Origin: Acidobacteriota bacterium
GTDB taxonomy: Bacteria > Acidobacteriota > UBA4820 > DSQY01
DNA length: 64,000 bases
Assembly (NCBI GenBank): GCA_037444825.1
Contig: JBBILR010000004.1
Span: 55,536 to 119,535 of the forward strand
Direction: 5' to 3'
The notes below the pieces were generated by a model. It had not been told where the DNA came from, did not search any database, and saw only the letters and a program-made list of their open reading frames with translations. The position numbers were made by a program, and so were the translations under genes. Shown piece after piece: positions 38,509-48,010 of this stretch (its first letter is position 1; the number at the start of each line of letters is the position of its first letter).

Positions 38509-39512
38509 AGGCCGACGCGGTGGTGTGGGGGGCCGGGGCCTGGGGGACGGCCCTGGCCCGGCACCTGGCCGGCGGCGGGGCGCGGGTGGCCCTGTGGGTC
38601 TACGAGCGGGAGCAGTACGAGGCCATGGCGATCAGCCGCGAGAACGCGGACTTCCTCCCCGGGTTCCCCCTCCCCCCGGAGGTGGACCTCTTCCACGACC
38701 CCGCCTCGCCGCCGGAGGGGGCCGCCCTCTGGCTCTCCGTGGCCCCGGCCCAGGCCACGCGCGCCCTGTGGAGGACCATCGGCCCCCTCTGCCCCGAGGG
38801 GACGCTGGTGGTCTCCGCCTCCAAGGGGGTGGAGGAGGGGTCCCTCCGGCCGGTGAGCGCCCTCATCGAGGAGTTTCTTCCCCCCTCCTGCCGCCCGGTG
38901 GTGGTCCTGTCGGGCCCCTCCTTCGCGGTGGGGCTGGCCCAGGGGGACCCCACGGCGGTGGTCCTGGCCTGCCCCGACCTGAAGCGGGCGGAGGCGGTCC
39001 AGCGGATCCTCTCCCGCCCGCCCCTTCGGGCCTACAGCAGCTCCGACCGGACCGGCGTGGAGCTGGGGGGCGCCGTCAAGAACGTCATCGCCCTGGCCTG
39101 CGGCATGGCGGCGGGGCTGGGGATGGGCCCCAACACCGTGGCGGCCCTCATCACCCGGGGCCTTCGGGAGATCGTCCGGCTGGGCGCGGCCATGGGGGCC
39201 GACCCCCACACCTTTTCGGGGCTCTCGGGGGTGGGGGACCTGGTGCTCACCTGCACGGGGGGGGAGAGCCGGAACCGGACGGTGGGGCTTCGACTGGGGC
39301 GGGGGGAGCCGGTGGAGGCGATCCTGGGCTCCATGAAGTCCGTGGCCGAGGGGGTCCCCTCCACCCGATCGGTGGCCGAGCTGGCCCGCCGGCACGGCGT
39401 GGAGATGCCCATCACCTTCGTGGTGGAGCGGATCCTGAAGGGAGAGCTGACCCCCGCCCAGGGGGTGCGGGAACTCCTCTCCCGGGACCTCAAGCGGGAA
39501 ATGGCCGACTGA
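38505..39512 (+). CDS. gpsA: NAD(P)H-dependent glycerol-3-phosphate dehydrogenase
   Basis: GAGAWGTALA, SGPSFA, GGAVKNVIA, GDLVLTC and SRNR motifs. Confidence 0.96.
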   Translation: MKADAVVWGAGAWGTALARHLAGGGARVALWVYEREQYEAMAISRENADFLPGFPLPPEVDLFHDPASPPEGAALWLSVAPAQATRALWRTIGPLCPEGTLVVSASKGVEEGSLRPVSALIEEFLPPSCRPVVVLSGPSFAVGLAQGDPTAVVLACPDLKRAEAVQRILSRPPLRAYSSSDRTGVELGGAVKNVIALACGMAAGLGMGPNTVAALITRGLREIVRLGAAMGADPHTFSGLSGVGDLVLTCTGGESRNRTVGLRLGRGEPVEAILGSMKSVAEGVPSTRSVAELARRHGVEMPITFVVERILKGELTPAQGVRELLSRDLKREMAD

Positions 39513-39515
39513 GCG

Positions 39516-40433
39516 TCAGGAGCGGCCCTTTTCCTCCACCTCTTGGAGGAGGGTCAGGTAGCTCTCGTAGCGGGGCAGGGCGATGCGGCCCGCCTCCACG
39601 GCCTCCCGCACGGCGCACCGGGGCTCCTCCCGGTGGCGGCAGTCCGGGAAGCGGCAGGCGGCGCCGGCCTCGTGGATCTCCCGGAAGGCCCCCTCCAGAA
39701 CCCGGAAGTCCACCCCCGAAAGGCCGAACTCCCGGATCCCTGCCGTGTCCACGAGGAAGGTCCCGTCGGCGAGCCGGTGGGCGTAGGCGCCGGTGGTGGT
39801 GTGGCGGCCCTTGCCGCGGGAGGGGTCCACCTCCCCCACGGGACGCCTCAGGCCGGGGGCGGCCCGGTTCACCAGCGTGGTCTTGCCCACGCCGGAGTGT
39901 CCCAGCAGGAGGACCCACCTCCCGGCCACCGCCACGAGGAAGTCGGCCACCCCCTCGCCGGTGCGGGCCGCCATGGGGAAGACCGGATAACCCAGGGCCC
40001 GGTACGGGGCCAGGGCCTCCTCCACCTCCCGAGGGTCCAAAAGGTCCATCTTGTTGACCACCACCGCCGCCGGGATGGAGTTCCCCTCCGCCTCCACCAG
40101 CGTCCGGTCGAGAAAGGCGGTGTTGAGGGCCGGGTTGGGCCCCAGAACCACGCACAACAGGTCCAGGTTGGCGGCGATGACGTGCTCGGCCCCGGAGAAG
40201 GTCAGGCGACGGCTCACGGCGTTGCGGCGGGGCTCCACCCCCTCGATGAGGGCCGACCCGTCCCCCTCCCGCCGGATCCGGACGAGGTCCCCCACGGCCA
40301 CGCGGTTCCGGCTCCGCCCCCCCGGCCGGGGGAGGGCCAGCCGCCCCCCGGGGAAGGCCTTCAGAAGCTCCCGCCCGTCCCACACCCAGTGGAACTTCCC
40401 GTGGGTCTCCACCACCCGGCCGACGTCTTGCAC
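39516..40433 (-). CDS. rsgA: Ribosome small subunit-dependent GTPase A
   Basis: NKMD, GHSGVGKT, GRHTTT, DTAGIR and the CRFPDCRHREEPRC zinc finger. Confidence 0.95.
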   Translation of the reverse strand: MQDVGRVVETHGKFHWVWDGRELLKAFPGGRLALPRPGGRSRNRVAVGDLVRIRREGDGSALIEGVEPRRNAVSRRLTFSGAEHVIAANLDLLCVVLGPNPALNTAFLDRTLVEAEGNSIPAAVVVNKMDLLDPREVEEALAPYRALGYPVFPMAARTGEGVADFLVAVAGRWVLLLGHSGVGKTTLVNRAAPGLRRPVGEVDPSRGKGRHTTTGAYAHRLADGTFLVDTAGIREFGLSGVDFRVLEGAFREIHEAGAACRFPDCRHREEPRCAVREAVEAGRIALPRYESYLTLLQEVEEKGRS

Positions 40434-40524
40434 CGCCCGCGCCTCCCACCGTATAATCGCACACCCGGAACGGGGGGATAGTGTCTTCGGTTTCGGCGCG
40501 TCCTTCGCGGAGAAAGGGAAGGCC

Positions 40525-41379
40525 ATGTACCCAATCACGTACAAGAAGGTCCTCGCCACGGGCGTGGTGGAGATGCGCATCCTGGCCCCGCGCGTCGCCA
40601 AGGCCCACAAGCCCGGCCAGTTCCTCATGGTGATGAACGACGAGAACTCCGAGCGCATCCCCCTCACCATCGCCGACTCCGACCCCGCCACGGGGGAGGT
40701 GACCATCGTCTTTCTGGAGGTGGGGCGCTCCACCATCGACCTGGGCCAGAACTACCAGGAGGGGGACGCCCTCTTCGCCGTTCTGGGGCCGCTGGGCACC
40801 CCCACCCACATCGAGCGGTTCGGGGAGGTGGTGGTCATCGGCGGCGGCCTCGGCGTGGCCCCCATCTACCCCATCTGCAAGGGGATGCGGGCCGCCGGGA
40901 ACCGGGTGACCACCATCATCGGGTACCGGAGAAAGGACCTCATGTTCTGGCAGGACCGGCTGGCCTCCGTCTCCGACGAGCTCGTCGTCACCACCGACGA
41001 CGGCTCCTACGGCATGAAGGGCTTCGTCACCACCGCCCTCGAAAAGCTCCGCGGCGAGGGGCGACAGATGGACCGCATCGTGGCCATCGGGCCGCCCGTC
41101 ATGATGCGGGTGGTGTCGGACCTCACCCGCCCCTGGGGCGTGCCCACCGTCGTCTCCCTCAACACCATCATGATCGACGGGACGGGGATGTGCGGGGGGT
41201 GCCGCGTCTCGGTGGGGGACGAGACCAAGTTCGTCTGCGTGGACGGCCCCGACTTCGACGGCCACAAGGTGGACTGGGACCAGATGTTCGCGCGGATGAA
41301 GGTGTACGTGGAGGAGGAGCACAAAGCCATCGCCGCGAGCCCCTCCTGCAAGCTCTACTTCGAGACCCTGAAGCGCTGA
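40525..41379 (+). CDS. nfnA: Ferredoxin:NADP+ transhydrogenase small subunit (NfnA/SudB-like)
   Basis: ERIPLTIAD, GPLG, GGGLG and MIDGTGMCGGCRV...CVDGPDF (Asp/Cys3 [2Fe-2S]). Confidence 0.85.
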   Translation: MYPITYKKVLATGVVEMRILAPRVAKAHKPGQFLMVMNDENSERIPLTIADSDPATGEVTIVFLEVGRSTIDLGQNYQEGDALFAVLGPLGTPTHIERFGEVVVIGGGLGVAPIYPICKGMRAAGNRVTTIIGYRRKDLMFWQDRLASVSDELVVTTDDGSYGMKGFVTTALEKLRGEGRQMDRIVAIGPPVMMRVVSDLTRPWGVPTVVSLNTIMIDGTGMCGGCRVSVGDETKFVCVDGPDFDGHKVDWDQMFARMKVYVEEEHKAIAASPSCKLYFETLKR

Positions 41380-41389
41380 GGGGGGAGCC

Positions 41390-42868
41390 ATGGCCGAAAC
41401 CGTCGACATCGCCGCCCTGGGGGGGGTGAAGGAGGGGGAACGGAAGAAGCCCCGTTCCAAGGAGCCCCGCCGGGAGATCGCCTGCCAAACCGTGGCGGAG
41501 CGGATCCGCAACTACAACGAGGTGGCCCTGGGGTACACGCCCGAGGACGCGGTCTACGAGGCCATGCGATGCCTGGAGTGCCCCAAGCCCCGCTGCGTGG
41601 TGGCCTGCCCGGTCCACATCGACATCCCCACCTTCATCGGCCTCATCGCCCGGGGGAAGTTCGCTCAGGCCGCCGAAGACATCCGCCAGTACAACAACCT
41701 CCCCGCCGTCTGCGGGCGCGTCTGCCCCCAGGAGAACCTCTGCGAGGCCGCCTGCATCCTCAACGACACCAACAAGGGGAACCCCATCGCCATCGGGCGT
41801 CTGGAGCGCTTCGCCGCCGACTGGCAGCTCCTCCACACCGAGCGGCGGGACGTCCACAGGCGCCCCGCCACCGGCTTCAAGGTGGCGGTTCTGGGGTCGG
41901 GCCCCGCGGGGCTCTCCTGCGCCGCCGACCTGGCCAAGATGGGCCACACGGTCCACCTCTTCGAGGCCCTCCACAAGCCCGGCGGGGTGCTCATGTACGG
42001 CATCCCCGAGTTCCGCCTCCCCAAGGCCATCGTCCAGAAGGAGGTGGAGTACGTCCGCTCCCTGGGGGTGGAGATCGAGTGCAACGTGGTGGTGGGGCGG
42101 ACCATGCCGGTCCAGGAGGTGCTGGACGACTTCGACGCCGTCTTCGTCGCCACCGGCGCCGGCTATCCGAACATGATGGGGATCCCCGGCGAGAACCTCA
42201 ACGGCATCTACTCCGCCAACGAATTCCTGACCCGGGTGAACCTCATGAAGGCCTGGGGCCACCCGGAAACGGGGACCCCCATCAAAAAGCCCAGGCGGGC
42301 GGTGGTGGTGGGGGCCGGCTTCACCGCCTTCGACGTGGTCCGCATCTGCCTGCGGCTGGGGGCGGAGGAGGCCCGCATCGTCTATCGCCGGACCCGGGAG
42401 GAGATGCCGGGGCGCGGCGAGGAGATCGAGCACGCCGAGGAGGAGGGGGCCATCTTCACCCTCCTGTCGGCCCCCGTGCGCTACATCGGCGACGAGAAGG
42501 GCTTCGTGAAGGCGGTGGAGGTCCAGCGCATGGAGCTGGGCGAACCCGACGCCTCGGGCCGCCGGCGCCCCGTGCCCATCCCGGGCAGCAACTACATCCT
42601 CGAGTGCGACCTCGTGGTGGTGGCCATCGGGCAGACCCCCAACGTCCTCATCCCCTCCAGCCTCCCGGGGCTGGCCACCAAGTGGGGGTCGGTCATCAAG
42701 GTGAACCGGGAGACCTACATGACCACGGTGCCCAAGGTCTTCGCCGGCGGCGACGCCATCACCGGGGCCGCCACCGTCATCCTGGCCACCCGCGCCGGCC
42801 GCGAGGCGGCGAGGTCCATCGACGCCTACGTGCGGGACCCGTTCCGCACCTGGCAGCCGCCCGTCTGA
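41390..42868 (+). CDS. nfnB: Ferredoxin:NADP+ transhydrogenase large subunit (NfnB, GltD-like)
   Basis: RCLECPKPRCVVACP, CGRVCPQE, GSGPAGL, YGIPEFRL and GAATVILA motifs; directly follows nfnA. Confidence 0.85.
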   Translation: MAETVDIAALGGVKEGERKKPRSKEPRREIACQTVAERIRNYNEVALGYTPEDAVYEAMRCLECPKPRCVVACPVHIDIPTFIGLIARGKFAQAAEDIRQYNNLPAVCGRVCPQENLCEAACILNDTNKGNPIAIGRLERFAADWQLLHTERRDVHRRPATGFKVAVLGSGPAGLSCAADLAKMGHTVHLFEALHKPGGVLMYGIPEFRLPKAIVQKEVEYVRSLGVEIECNVVVGRTMPVQEVLDDFDAVFVATGAGYPNMMGIPGENLNGIYSANEFLTRVNLMKAWGHPETGTPIKKPRRAVVVGAGFTAFDVVRICLRLGAEEARIVYRRTREEMPGRGEEIEHAEEEGAIFTLLSAPVRYIGDEKGFVKAVEVQRMELGEPDASGRRRPVPIPGSNYILECDLVVVAIGQTPNVLIPSSLPGLATKWGSVIKVNRETYMTTVPKVFAGGDAITGAATVILATRAGREAARSIDAYVRDPFRTWQPPV

Positions 42869-42887
42869 GGCAGGGAAGGGGGAGACC

Positions 42888-43673
42888 ATGTCCGTACGCG
42901 AAACCTTCGCCGCCTACCTGAACAGCCCCTTCGCCGAGAACCTGGCCAAGGACTTCGAGGGCGCCCGGACCGCCCTGGCCGGCGGTCTCGAGGGGGCCGC
43001 CTCCCTCCAGGAGGTGCTGGAAGCCATCGCCCCCGAGAGCAACCACCCCGCCTTCGCCAAGAAAGCCGGCCTCTTCCTCTCCGCCGCCTTCCCGCTCCTG
43101 AAGGCCGATCAAACGGTGGACCTTGCGGTCCTCCCGGAGGTGCGCCTCGTGGGCCTGGGAACGGGGCTGAGCCGCTTCGACCTCCACGTCCGCGGCGATC
43201 TGGGGGACTACGCCGGGGCTTACATGGAGTCGGGCACCCTCACCGTGGAGGGGAACGTGGCCGACTACGCCGGCCTCGGCATGAGGGGCGGCGAGCTCAT
43301 CGTGAAGGGCCTCGCCGAGAACCACCTCGGGCACTCCATGACGGGCGGGCGAATCCTGGTGGAAAAGAACTGTCACGACTTCGCCGGCAACCGGATGGTG
43401 GGGGGAACCCTGGTGATCCGGGGCAACGCCGGGTACTCCACCGGCTACCGCATGGTGGGGGGCTCCATCGAGGTGCGGGACCTCACCTGGGACCTCTGCG
43501 GGGAGGAGATGGTGGGCGGGCGCATCCAGGTGGGGGGGCACCTGGGGCGGGACCTGGGCTTCTCCATGGCCGGAGGCGAACTGCTCATCAGCGAAACCCA
43601 CAAGGACCGGCCCCGGGTGAAGGCCCAGGGGGGGCGCCTCACCGTCGTCGCCAAGGGGAAGAAGGCCTCCTGA
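42888..43673 (+). CDS. Stand-alone GXGXG beta-helix protein (GltB C-terminal/FwdC-like)
   Basis: About six 19-aa repeats of the G..M.GG.L.V.G type. Confidence 0.8.
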   Translation: MSVRETFAAYLNSPFAENLAKDFEGARTALAGGLEGAASLQEVLEAIAPESNHPAFAKKAGLFLSAAFPLLKADQTVDLAVLPEVRLVGLGTGLSRFDLHVRGDLGDYAGAYMESGTLTVEGNVADYAGLGMRGGELIVKGLAENHLGHSMTGGRILVEKNCHDFAGNRMVGGTLVIRGNAGYSTGYRMVGGSIEVRDLTWDLCGEEMVGGRIQVGGHLGRDLGFSMAGGELLISETHKDRPRVKAQGGRLTVVAKGKKAS

Positions 43674-43691
43674 CGCCGTTCCCGCGCCGCC

Positions 43692-44261
43692 TCACCGGAA
43701 GGTGACGGCGTAAACGCAGGTCCGGTCCGGCCCCGCCGCCTCCGCCCGGCAGAGGGGGTGGGTCACCACCGGGTCCCGGGCCCCCGTGATCCGCAACCCT
43801 TCGTAGATGTACCCCACGCCGGTGGAGCACTCCATCCGGCTCGCCTGGGGAACGTCGGTGTTGTCGATATGCACTTCGAAACGGCCGGGGGCCTTCTCCA
43901 CCACCCGGCTCTTCTCGGCGAAGGCGTTCTTCCACGATTCCCCGTCGGCGTACCAGGGCCTCTCCGGCCTCGTCGTCGGCGGAGAGCTTCTGGCCCCCCC
44001 CTCCCCTTCCCACCCGTACCCCCGGAGGGGGCAACCCCTTTCCTCCAGGGGGGAGGCGGTGAGGCCCAAGAGGGGTCGGCGCCGGTGCCGGCCGGCGAGC
44101 CAGGCGAGGAGCCCGGCGGCGGGTCGGCGGTGCAGCAGGGCCGGCCAGGCTTCCACCGAGAGTACTTGCGGGACGAAGGGGGCCACGGCGTCCCCCAGGG
44201 CCGGGGAAAACGACACGCCGTCAAGCAAGAGGCCGAGAACCGGTTTCACCGACCCTCCCAT
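43692..44261 (-). CDS. Hypothetical protein with V4R-like C-terminus, possibly degenerate
   Basis: C-terminal GYIYEGLRITGARDPVVTHPLCRA...CVYAVTF resembles V4R ligand-binding folds; N-terminal half is unconvincing. Confidence 0.35.
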   Translation of the reverse strand: MGGSVKPVLGLLLDGVSFSPALGDAVAPFVPQVLSVEAWPALLHRRPAAGLLAWLAGRHRRRPLLGLTASPLEERGCPLRGYGWEGEGGARSSPPTTRPERPWYADGESWKNAFAEKSRVVEKAPGRFEVHIDNTDVPQASRMECSTGVGYIYEGLRITGARDPVVTHPLCRAEAAGPDRTCVYAVTFR

Positions 44262-44354
44262 TCCGGTGTGGCTCGATTTTCAAGATAGGGTGCCGAAAAG
44301 CCGCGGGTCAAGACGCCCGCCCCGGACGGTCCTCCCCTCCGGCATCTGCCCCAC

Positions 44355-44383
44355 TTGGCACGGGACCGGCCTTCGCGTAGACT
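44355..44383 (+). promoter_or_regulatory. Sigma70 promoter of dgt
   Basis: TTGGCA-N17-TAGACT. Confidence 0.55.
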
Positions 44384-44398
44384 CGCCGGAGGATGGCC

Positions 44399-45706
44399 AT
44401 GGACCCCGAAGCCCTTTCCTGCTCCCCCGCGTGCGGGCCCCGAAACGCGCTCCTCGCCCCCTGGGCGACGCCCTGCGCTCCGGAGGTTCCCCACGAGTAC
44501 CCCCACCGCCACCCGGCCCACCGGACCTTCTTCCAGCAGGACCGGGACCGCCTCCTCCACTCGGAGGCCTTCCGCCGCCTCGGCTACAAGACCCAGGTCT
44601 TCGTCGTCCACGAGGGGGACTTCTACCGGACCCGCCTCACCCACACCCTGGAGGTGGCCCAGGTCTCCCGGGGCCTCGCCTGCGCGCTGGGGGCCAACGA
44701 GGACCTCTGCGAGGCGGTGGCCTACGCCCACGACCTCGGCCACCCCCCCTTCGGCCACCGGGGGGAGGACGCCCTGGACCACCTCTTCGCGGACCTCCTG
44801 GAGCGGCGGCTGGGGGTGAAGCGCCCGGCGGGGCGGCGGGCCTTCGAGCAGAACTTCCAGTCCTACCGCATCGTGAGCCGCCTGGAGAAGCGGTACGCCG
44901 CCTTCCCCGGACTCAACCTCAGCGTCCCCGCCCTCCACGCCGTGCTCAAGCATCACACGGCCTTCGACGCGCCGGCCCTGCCCTACCCCCTGGAACTCTC
45001 CGACCAGGCCGAGGCGGAGCGCATCCGGAGGACCTACCTCCTCTCCCCCGGCTGTTCCGCCGAGGCGCAGATCGTGAACGCCGCCGACCAGATCGCCTGG
45101 GTGACCCACGACCTGGAGGACGCCCTCCGGGTTCGCTTTCTCAAGGTGGAGGAGCTCCGGGCCCTGAAAAACCCCCTGCTGGAGGCCGCCTGGGAGCGCG
45201 CCCACGGCGGGGCGCCGGACTGGGAGCGGGACCCCATCCTCTGGGCCCGTCTCCTCATCCGGAACATGATCGACCTCCTCATCGGCGACGTCATCTCCCA
45301 TTCGACGCCGCATCTGGCGGCCTTCTCCTCGCCGGCGGAGGTGATGGCGGACCCGATGCCGGCGGTGGACTTCTCCCCCGGAATGGCGGGGGCGGTGAAG
45401 GCCGTGCGGGAGATGCTCTTCGCGAGGGTCTACACCCACCCCGTGGTGGAGCGGATGTCGGCCAAGGCCGCCGCCATCCTCGAACGCCTCTTTTGCAGCC
45501 TGACGAAGGACCTGTTGGAGCCGGGCTCCTTCTCCATCCGCCTCCTGCCCCTCTCCACGCGGGCCCGGGTGGAGGAGGCGAAGGGGGAGATCGCCAAGTA
45601 CGGGGTGGTGGTGGACTTCCTGGCGGGGATGACCGACCGCTTCGCCGAGGAGTTCTACCGGGTCCTCTACGAGCCGGAGGAACGGGGGATCACGTCCCTC
45701 TATTGA
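44399..45706 (+). CDS. dgt: dNTP triphosphohydrolase (HD domain, dGTPase)
   Basis: FQQDRDR, RRLGYKTQV, RTRLTHTLEV, HDLGHPPFGH and AGMTD motifs. Confidence 0.93.
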   Translation: MDPEALSCSPACGPRNALLAPWATPCAPEVPHEYPHRHPAHRTFFQQDRDRLLHSEAFRRLGYKTQVFVVHEGDFYRTRLTHTLEVAQVSRGLACALGANEDLCEAVAYAHDLGHPPFGHRGEDALDHLFADLLERRLGVKRPAGRRAFEQNFQSYRIVSRLEKRYAAFPGLNLSVPALHAVLKHHTAFDAPALPYPLELSDQAEAERIRRTYLLSPGCSAEAQIVNAADQIAWVTHDLEDALRVRFLKVEELRALKNPLLEAAWERAHGGAPDWERDPILWARLLIRNMIDLLIGDVISHSTPHLAAFSSPAEVMADPMPAVDFSPGMAGAVKAVREMLFARVYTHPVVERMSAKAAAILERLFCSLTKDLLEPGSFSIRLLPLSTRARVEEAKGEIAKYGVVVDFLAGMTDRFAEEFYRVLYEPEERGITSLY

Positions 45707-45779
45707 CGGGAGGGCGCCGGGGCTTGCCCCCTCCCGGCGGCCAAGGTACAGTGGGGACAGGTCAGCGAAGGAGGATGCC

Positions 45780-46346
45780 ATGCGGAAATGGGTGGTGGGA
45801 CTTCTGGCGGTGGCGGTTCTCGTGGCCGCGGCGGCGGCGGAACTGGAGGGGGTGAGCCTTCCCAACACGGTGACGGCGGGCGGGGCGACCCTGCACCTCA
45901 ACGGCATGGGCGTCCGCGTGAAGAAGGTGGCCTTCATCGGCGTGAAGGTCTACGTGGCCGGCCTGTACCTCGCCGAGAAGTCCTCCGATCCGGCCAAGAT
46001 CCTGGCGGCGGACGCCCCCCGCCAGCTGGTCATGCACTTCCTCTACAAGGAGGTGGGGAAGGCCAAGCTGGTGGAGGCTTGGAACGAGGGCTTCGAGAAG
46101 AACACCGGGGACAAGGCCGGCGCGCTGAAGGCCCGCATCGAGAAGTTCAACGGCTTCTGGTCCGACATGAAGAGCGGGGACCGGGCCGTCCTCACGTACA
46201 TCCCCGGGACGGGGGTGGAGGTGGAGATCAAGGGCCAGAAGGTGGGGACCATCGAGGGCAAGGACTTCGCCGACGCCCTCTTCTCCATCTGGCTGGGGCC
46301 CAACCCGCCCAACGAGGACCTCAAGAACGGCCTTCTGGGCAAGTAA
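45780..46346 (+). CDS. Exported chalcone isomerase-like protein
   Basis: Signal peptide; LNGMGVR, VYVAGLYL and FSIWLG motifs. Confidence 0.85.
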   Translation: MRKWVVGLLAVAVLVAAAAAELEGVSLPNTVTAGGATLHLNGMGVRVKKVAFIGVKVYVAGLYLAEKSSDPAKILAADAPRQLVMHFLYKEVGKAKLVEAWNEGFEKNTGDKAGALKARIEKFNGFWSDMKSGDRAVLTYIPGTGVEVEIKGQKVGTIEGKDFADALFSIWLGPNPPNEDLKNGLLGK

Positions 46347-46368
46347 GGGTCGGCCGGCGGGGCTTCCC

Positions 46369-46398
46369 AGGCGGGCGGGGTCTTCCCGCCCGCCTTTT
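46369..46398 (+). terminator. Intrinsic terminator
   Basis: AGGCGGGCGGG-GTCTT-CCCGCCCGCCT followed by TTT. Confidence 0.75.
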
Positions 46399-46411
46399 GC
46401 TGGGCGCGGGA

Positions 46412-47125
46412 TCAGTCCAGCTCCACGGGGTCCCAGACCATGGGACGGAGGGGGGCCGAAAGGTCCGAGCCCGTCTTGGGCCCCGGTTGCGTCCAGAGGG
46501 AGGCGAGGAGAGGGTGGCGCAGGGCGAAGGTCCCCCCCTCCCGCCGGGCCAGCGCCGCGTCCTCCATCCAGGAGAGGTAGGACCGGGCGGCCCCGGCGCT
46601 GACGCCGAGCCCCTTCGCCACCTCCGGCGCCTTGTGGGGGCGGAGGGCCAGGAGGGCGCCGGTCCGGAGCAAGGCCACGCCCCCCCGCGCGGCCCCGAGG
46701 CCCGTCCGCCACTCCAGCTCCAGATGAAGCCGAATCAGGGGGCTGCCCGGGGGCAAGCGGGCGTAGAGGGGGGGCACGGAGCCGTCCGGGGGGAGGTCGT
46801 CCCACTCCGGAGCGGCCCCCGCCCGCGTCAAGGCCTCCTGGAGGGCCCGGGCCGGTCGGGGGAAGCGGCACTCCAAGACGAGGCCGTGGCGGCGGGCGAA
46901 GCGGGCGAGGTCGTCGAAGAGGGATCCCGCGGCGCGGCTCCGGGCCCATCCGAGGAGCACTTCGGCGTTCCGGAGGACGAGCCCCGGCTCGGACCCGGCG
47001 AAATCCGGCAACGGTTCCCACAGCAGGTCCCGCACCGGCCAGCCGCAGGGGGGAAAGAAGGGGTAGCCGTAGTCCCGGCGGCGCAGGAGGCACCGGCGGA
47101 CAGGTGGGAGGGCGTCTCGGTTCAT
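46412..47125 (-). CDS. Hypothetical protein with C-terminal winged helix
   Basis: EVAKGLGVSAGAARSYLSWMEDAAL...RHPLLASLW resembles a wHTH. Confidence 0.55.
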   Translation of the reverse strand: MNRDALPPVRRCLLRRRDYGYPFFPPCGWPVRDLLWEPLPDFAGSEPGLVLRNAEVLLGWARSRAAGSLFDDLARFARRHGLVLECRFPRPARALQEALTRAGAAPEWDDLPPDGSVPPLYARLPPGSPLIRLHLELEWRTGLGAARGGVALLRTGALLALRPHKAPEVAKGLGVSAGAARSYLSWMEDAALARREGGTFALRHPLLASLWTQPGPKTGSDLSAPLRPMVWDPVELD

Positions 47126-47218
47126 GGGGTCACCCTAGGCCCCGTTCAACCAAATGTCAAGTGACAAAGCCTGGGCGCCCTGTCCGCCGGGGTGGTATCC
47201 TCGTCGGGGAGGCGGGCC

Positions 47219-48010
47219 ATGCGGGTGACCTTTCTGGGCACGGGCACGTCGGTGGGCGTCCCCATCCTCACCTGCCGGTGCGCCGTCTGCTCCTCCGGGA
47301 ACCCGAAAAACCGGCGGCTCCGGCAGTCCATCTGGGTGGAAGGGGGACCCCTCTCGGTGGTGGTGGACCCGGGGACGGACTTTCGGGAGCAGGCCCTCCG
47401 TGCGGGCATCGCCCGGCTGGACGCCGTCCTTCTCACCCATCCCCACGCCGACCACATCTTCGGCCTCGACGACACCCGGGTCTTCTCCTTCCGGCAGAAG
47501 GCCCCCATCCCCGTCTACGGCTCCCCCCACACCCTGGAGGGGGTCCGGAGGACCTTCTGGTACGCCTTCGCCGACCTTCCGGAGGGAGGCGGACGCCCTC
47601 GGCTGGAGTTGAGAACCCTCGAGGGGCCCCTGGACCTCGGCGGGCTCCGCGTCCTCCCCCTCCCCGGGGACCACGGGTCCATGCCGGTGACGGTCTTCCG
47701 CTTCGGCCCCTTCGCCTACGCCACCGACCTCAAGCGCGTGCCCGAGGAGACCGTGGGGGCGCTGCGGGGGGTTCACACGCTGGCCATCGACGCCCTCCGT
47801 TTCGAACCCGAACACCCCACCCACATGACCGTCCGGGAGGCCCTGGAGACGGCGGAGCGGATCGGGCCCCGGCGGGTTTTTCTGATCCACATGGGCCACG
47901 AACTCAGCCACGAAGACCTCTCCCGTTCCCTGCCCTCCGGGGTGGAGCCGGCCTGGGACGGGCTGGTCCTCGATTTCGACGGGGAGGCCGTCCGAATGGA
48001 GGTCGAATGA
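47219..48010 (+). CDS. MBL-fold metallo-hydrolase (PhnP-like)
   Basis: LGTGTSVGVP, CRCAVC, THPHADH and IHMGH motifs. Confidence 0.92.
   Translation: MRVTFLGTGTSVGVPILTCRCAVCSSGNPKNRRLRQSIWVEGGPLSVVVDPGTDFREQALRAGIARLDAVLLTHPHADHIFGLDDTRVFSFRQKAPIPVYGSPHTLEGVRRTFWYAFADLPEGGGRPRLELRTLEGPLDLGGLRVLPLPGDHGSMPVTVFRFGPFAYATDLKRVPEETVGALRGVHTLAIDALRFEPEHPTHMTVREALETAERIGPRRVFLIHMGHELSHEDLSRSLPSGVEPAWDGLVLDFDGEAVRMEVE

Noticed and set aside
44356-44371. TGGCACGGGACCGGCC as another sigma54 promoter
   Set aside because: It lacks the TT of TTGC and is better explained as the -35 box of TTGGCA-N17-TAGACT for dgt.
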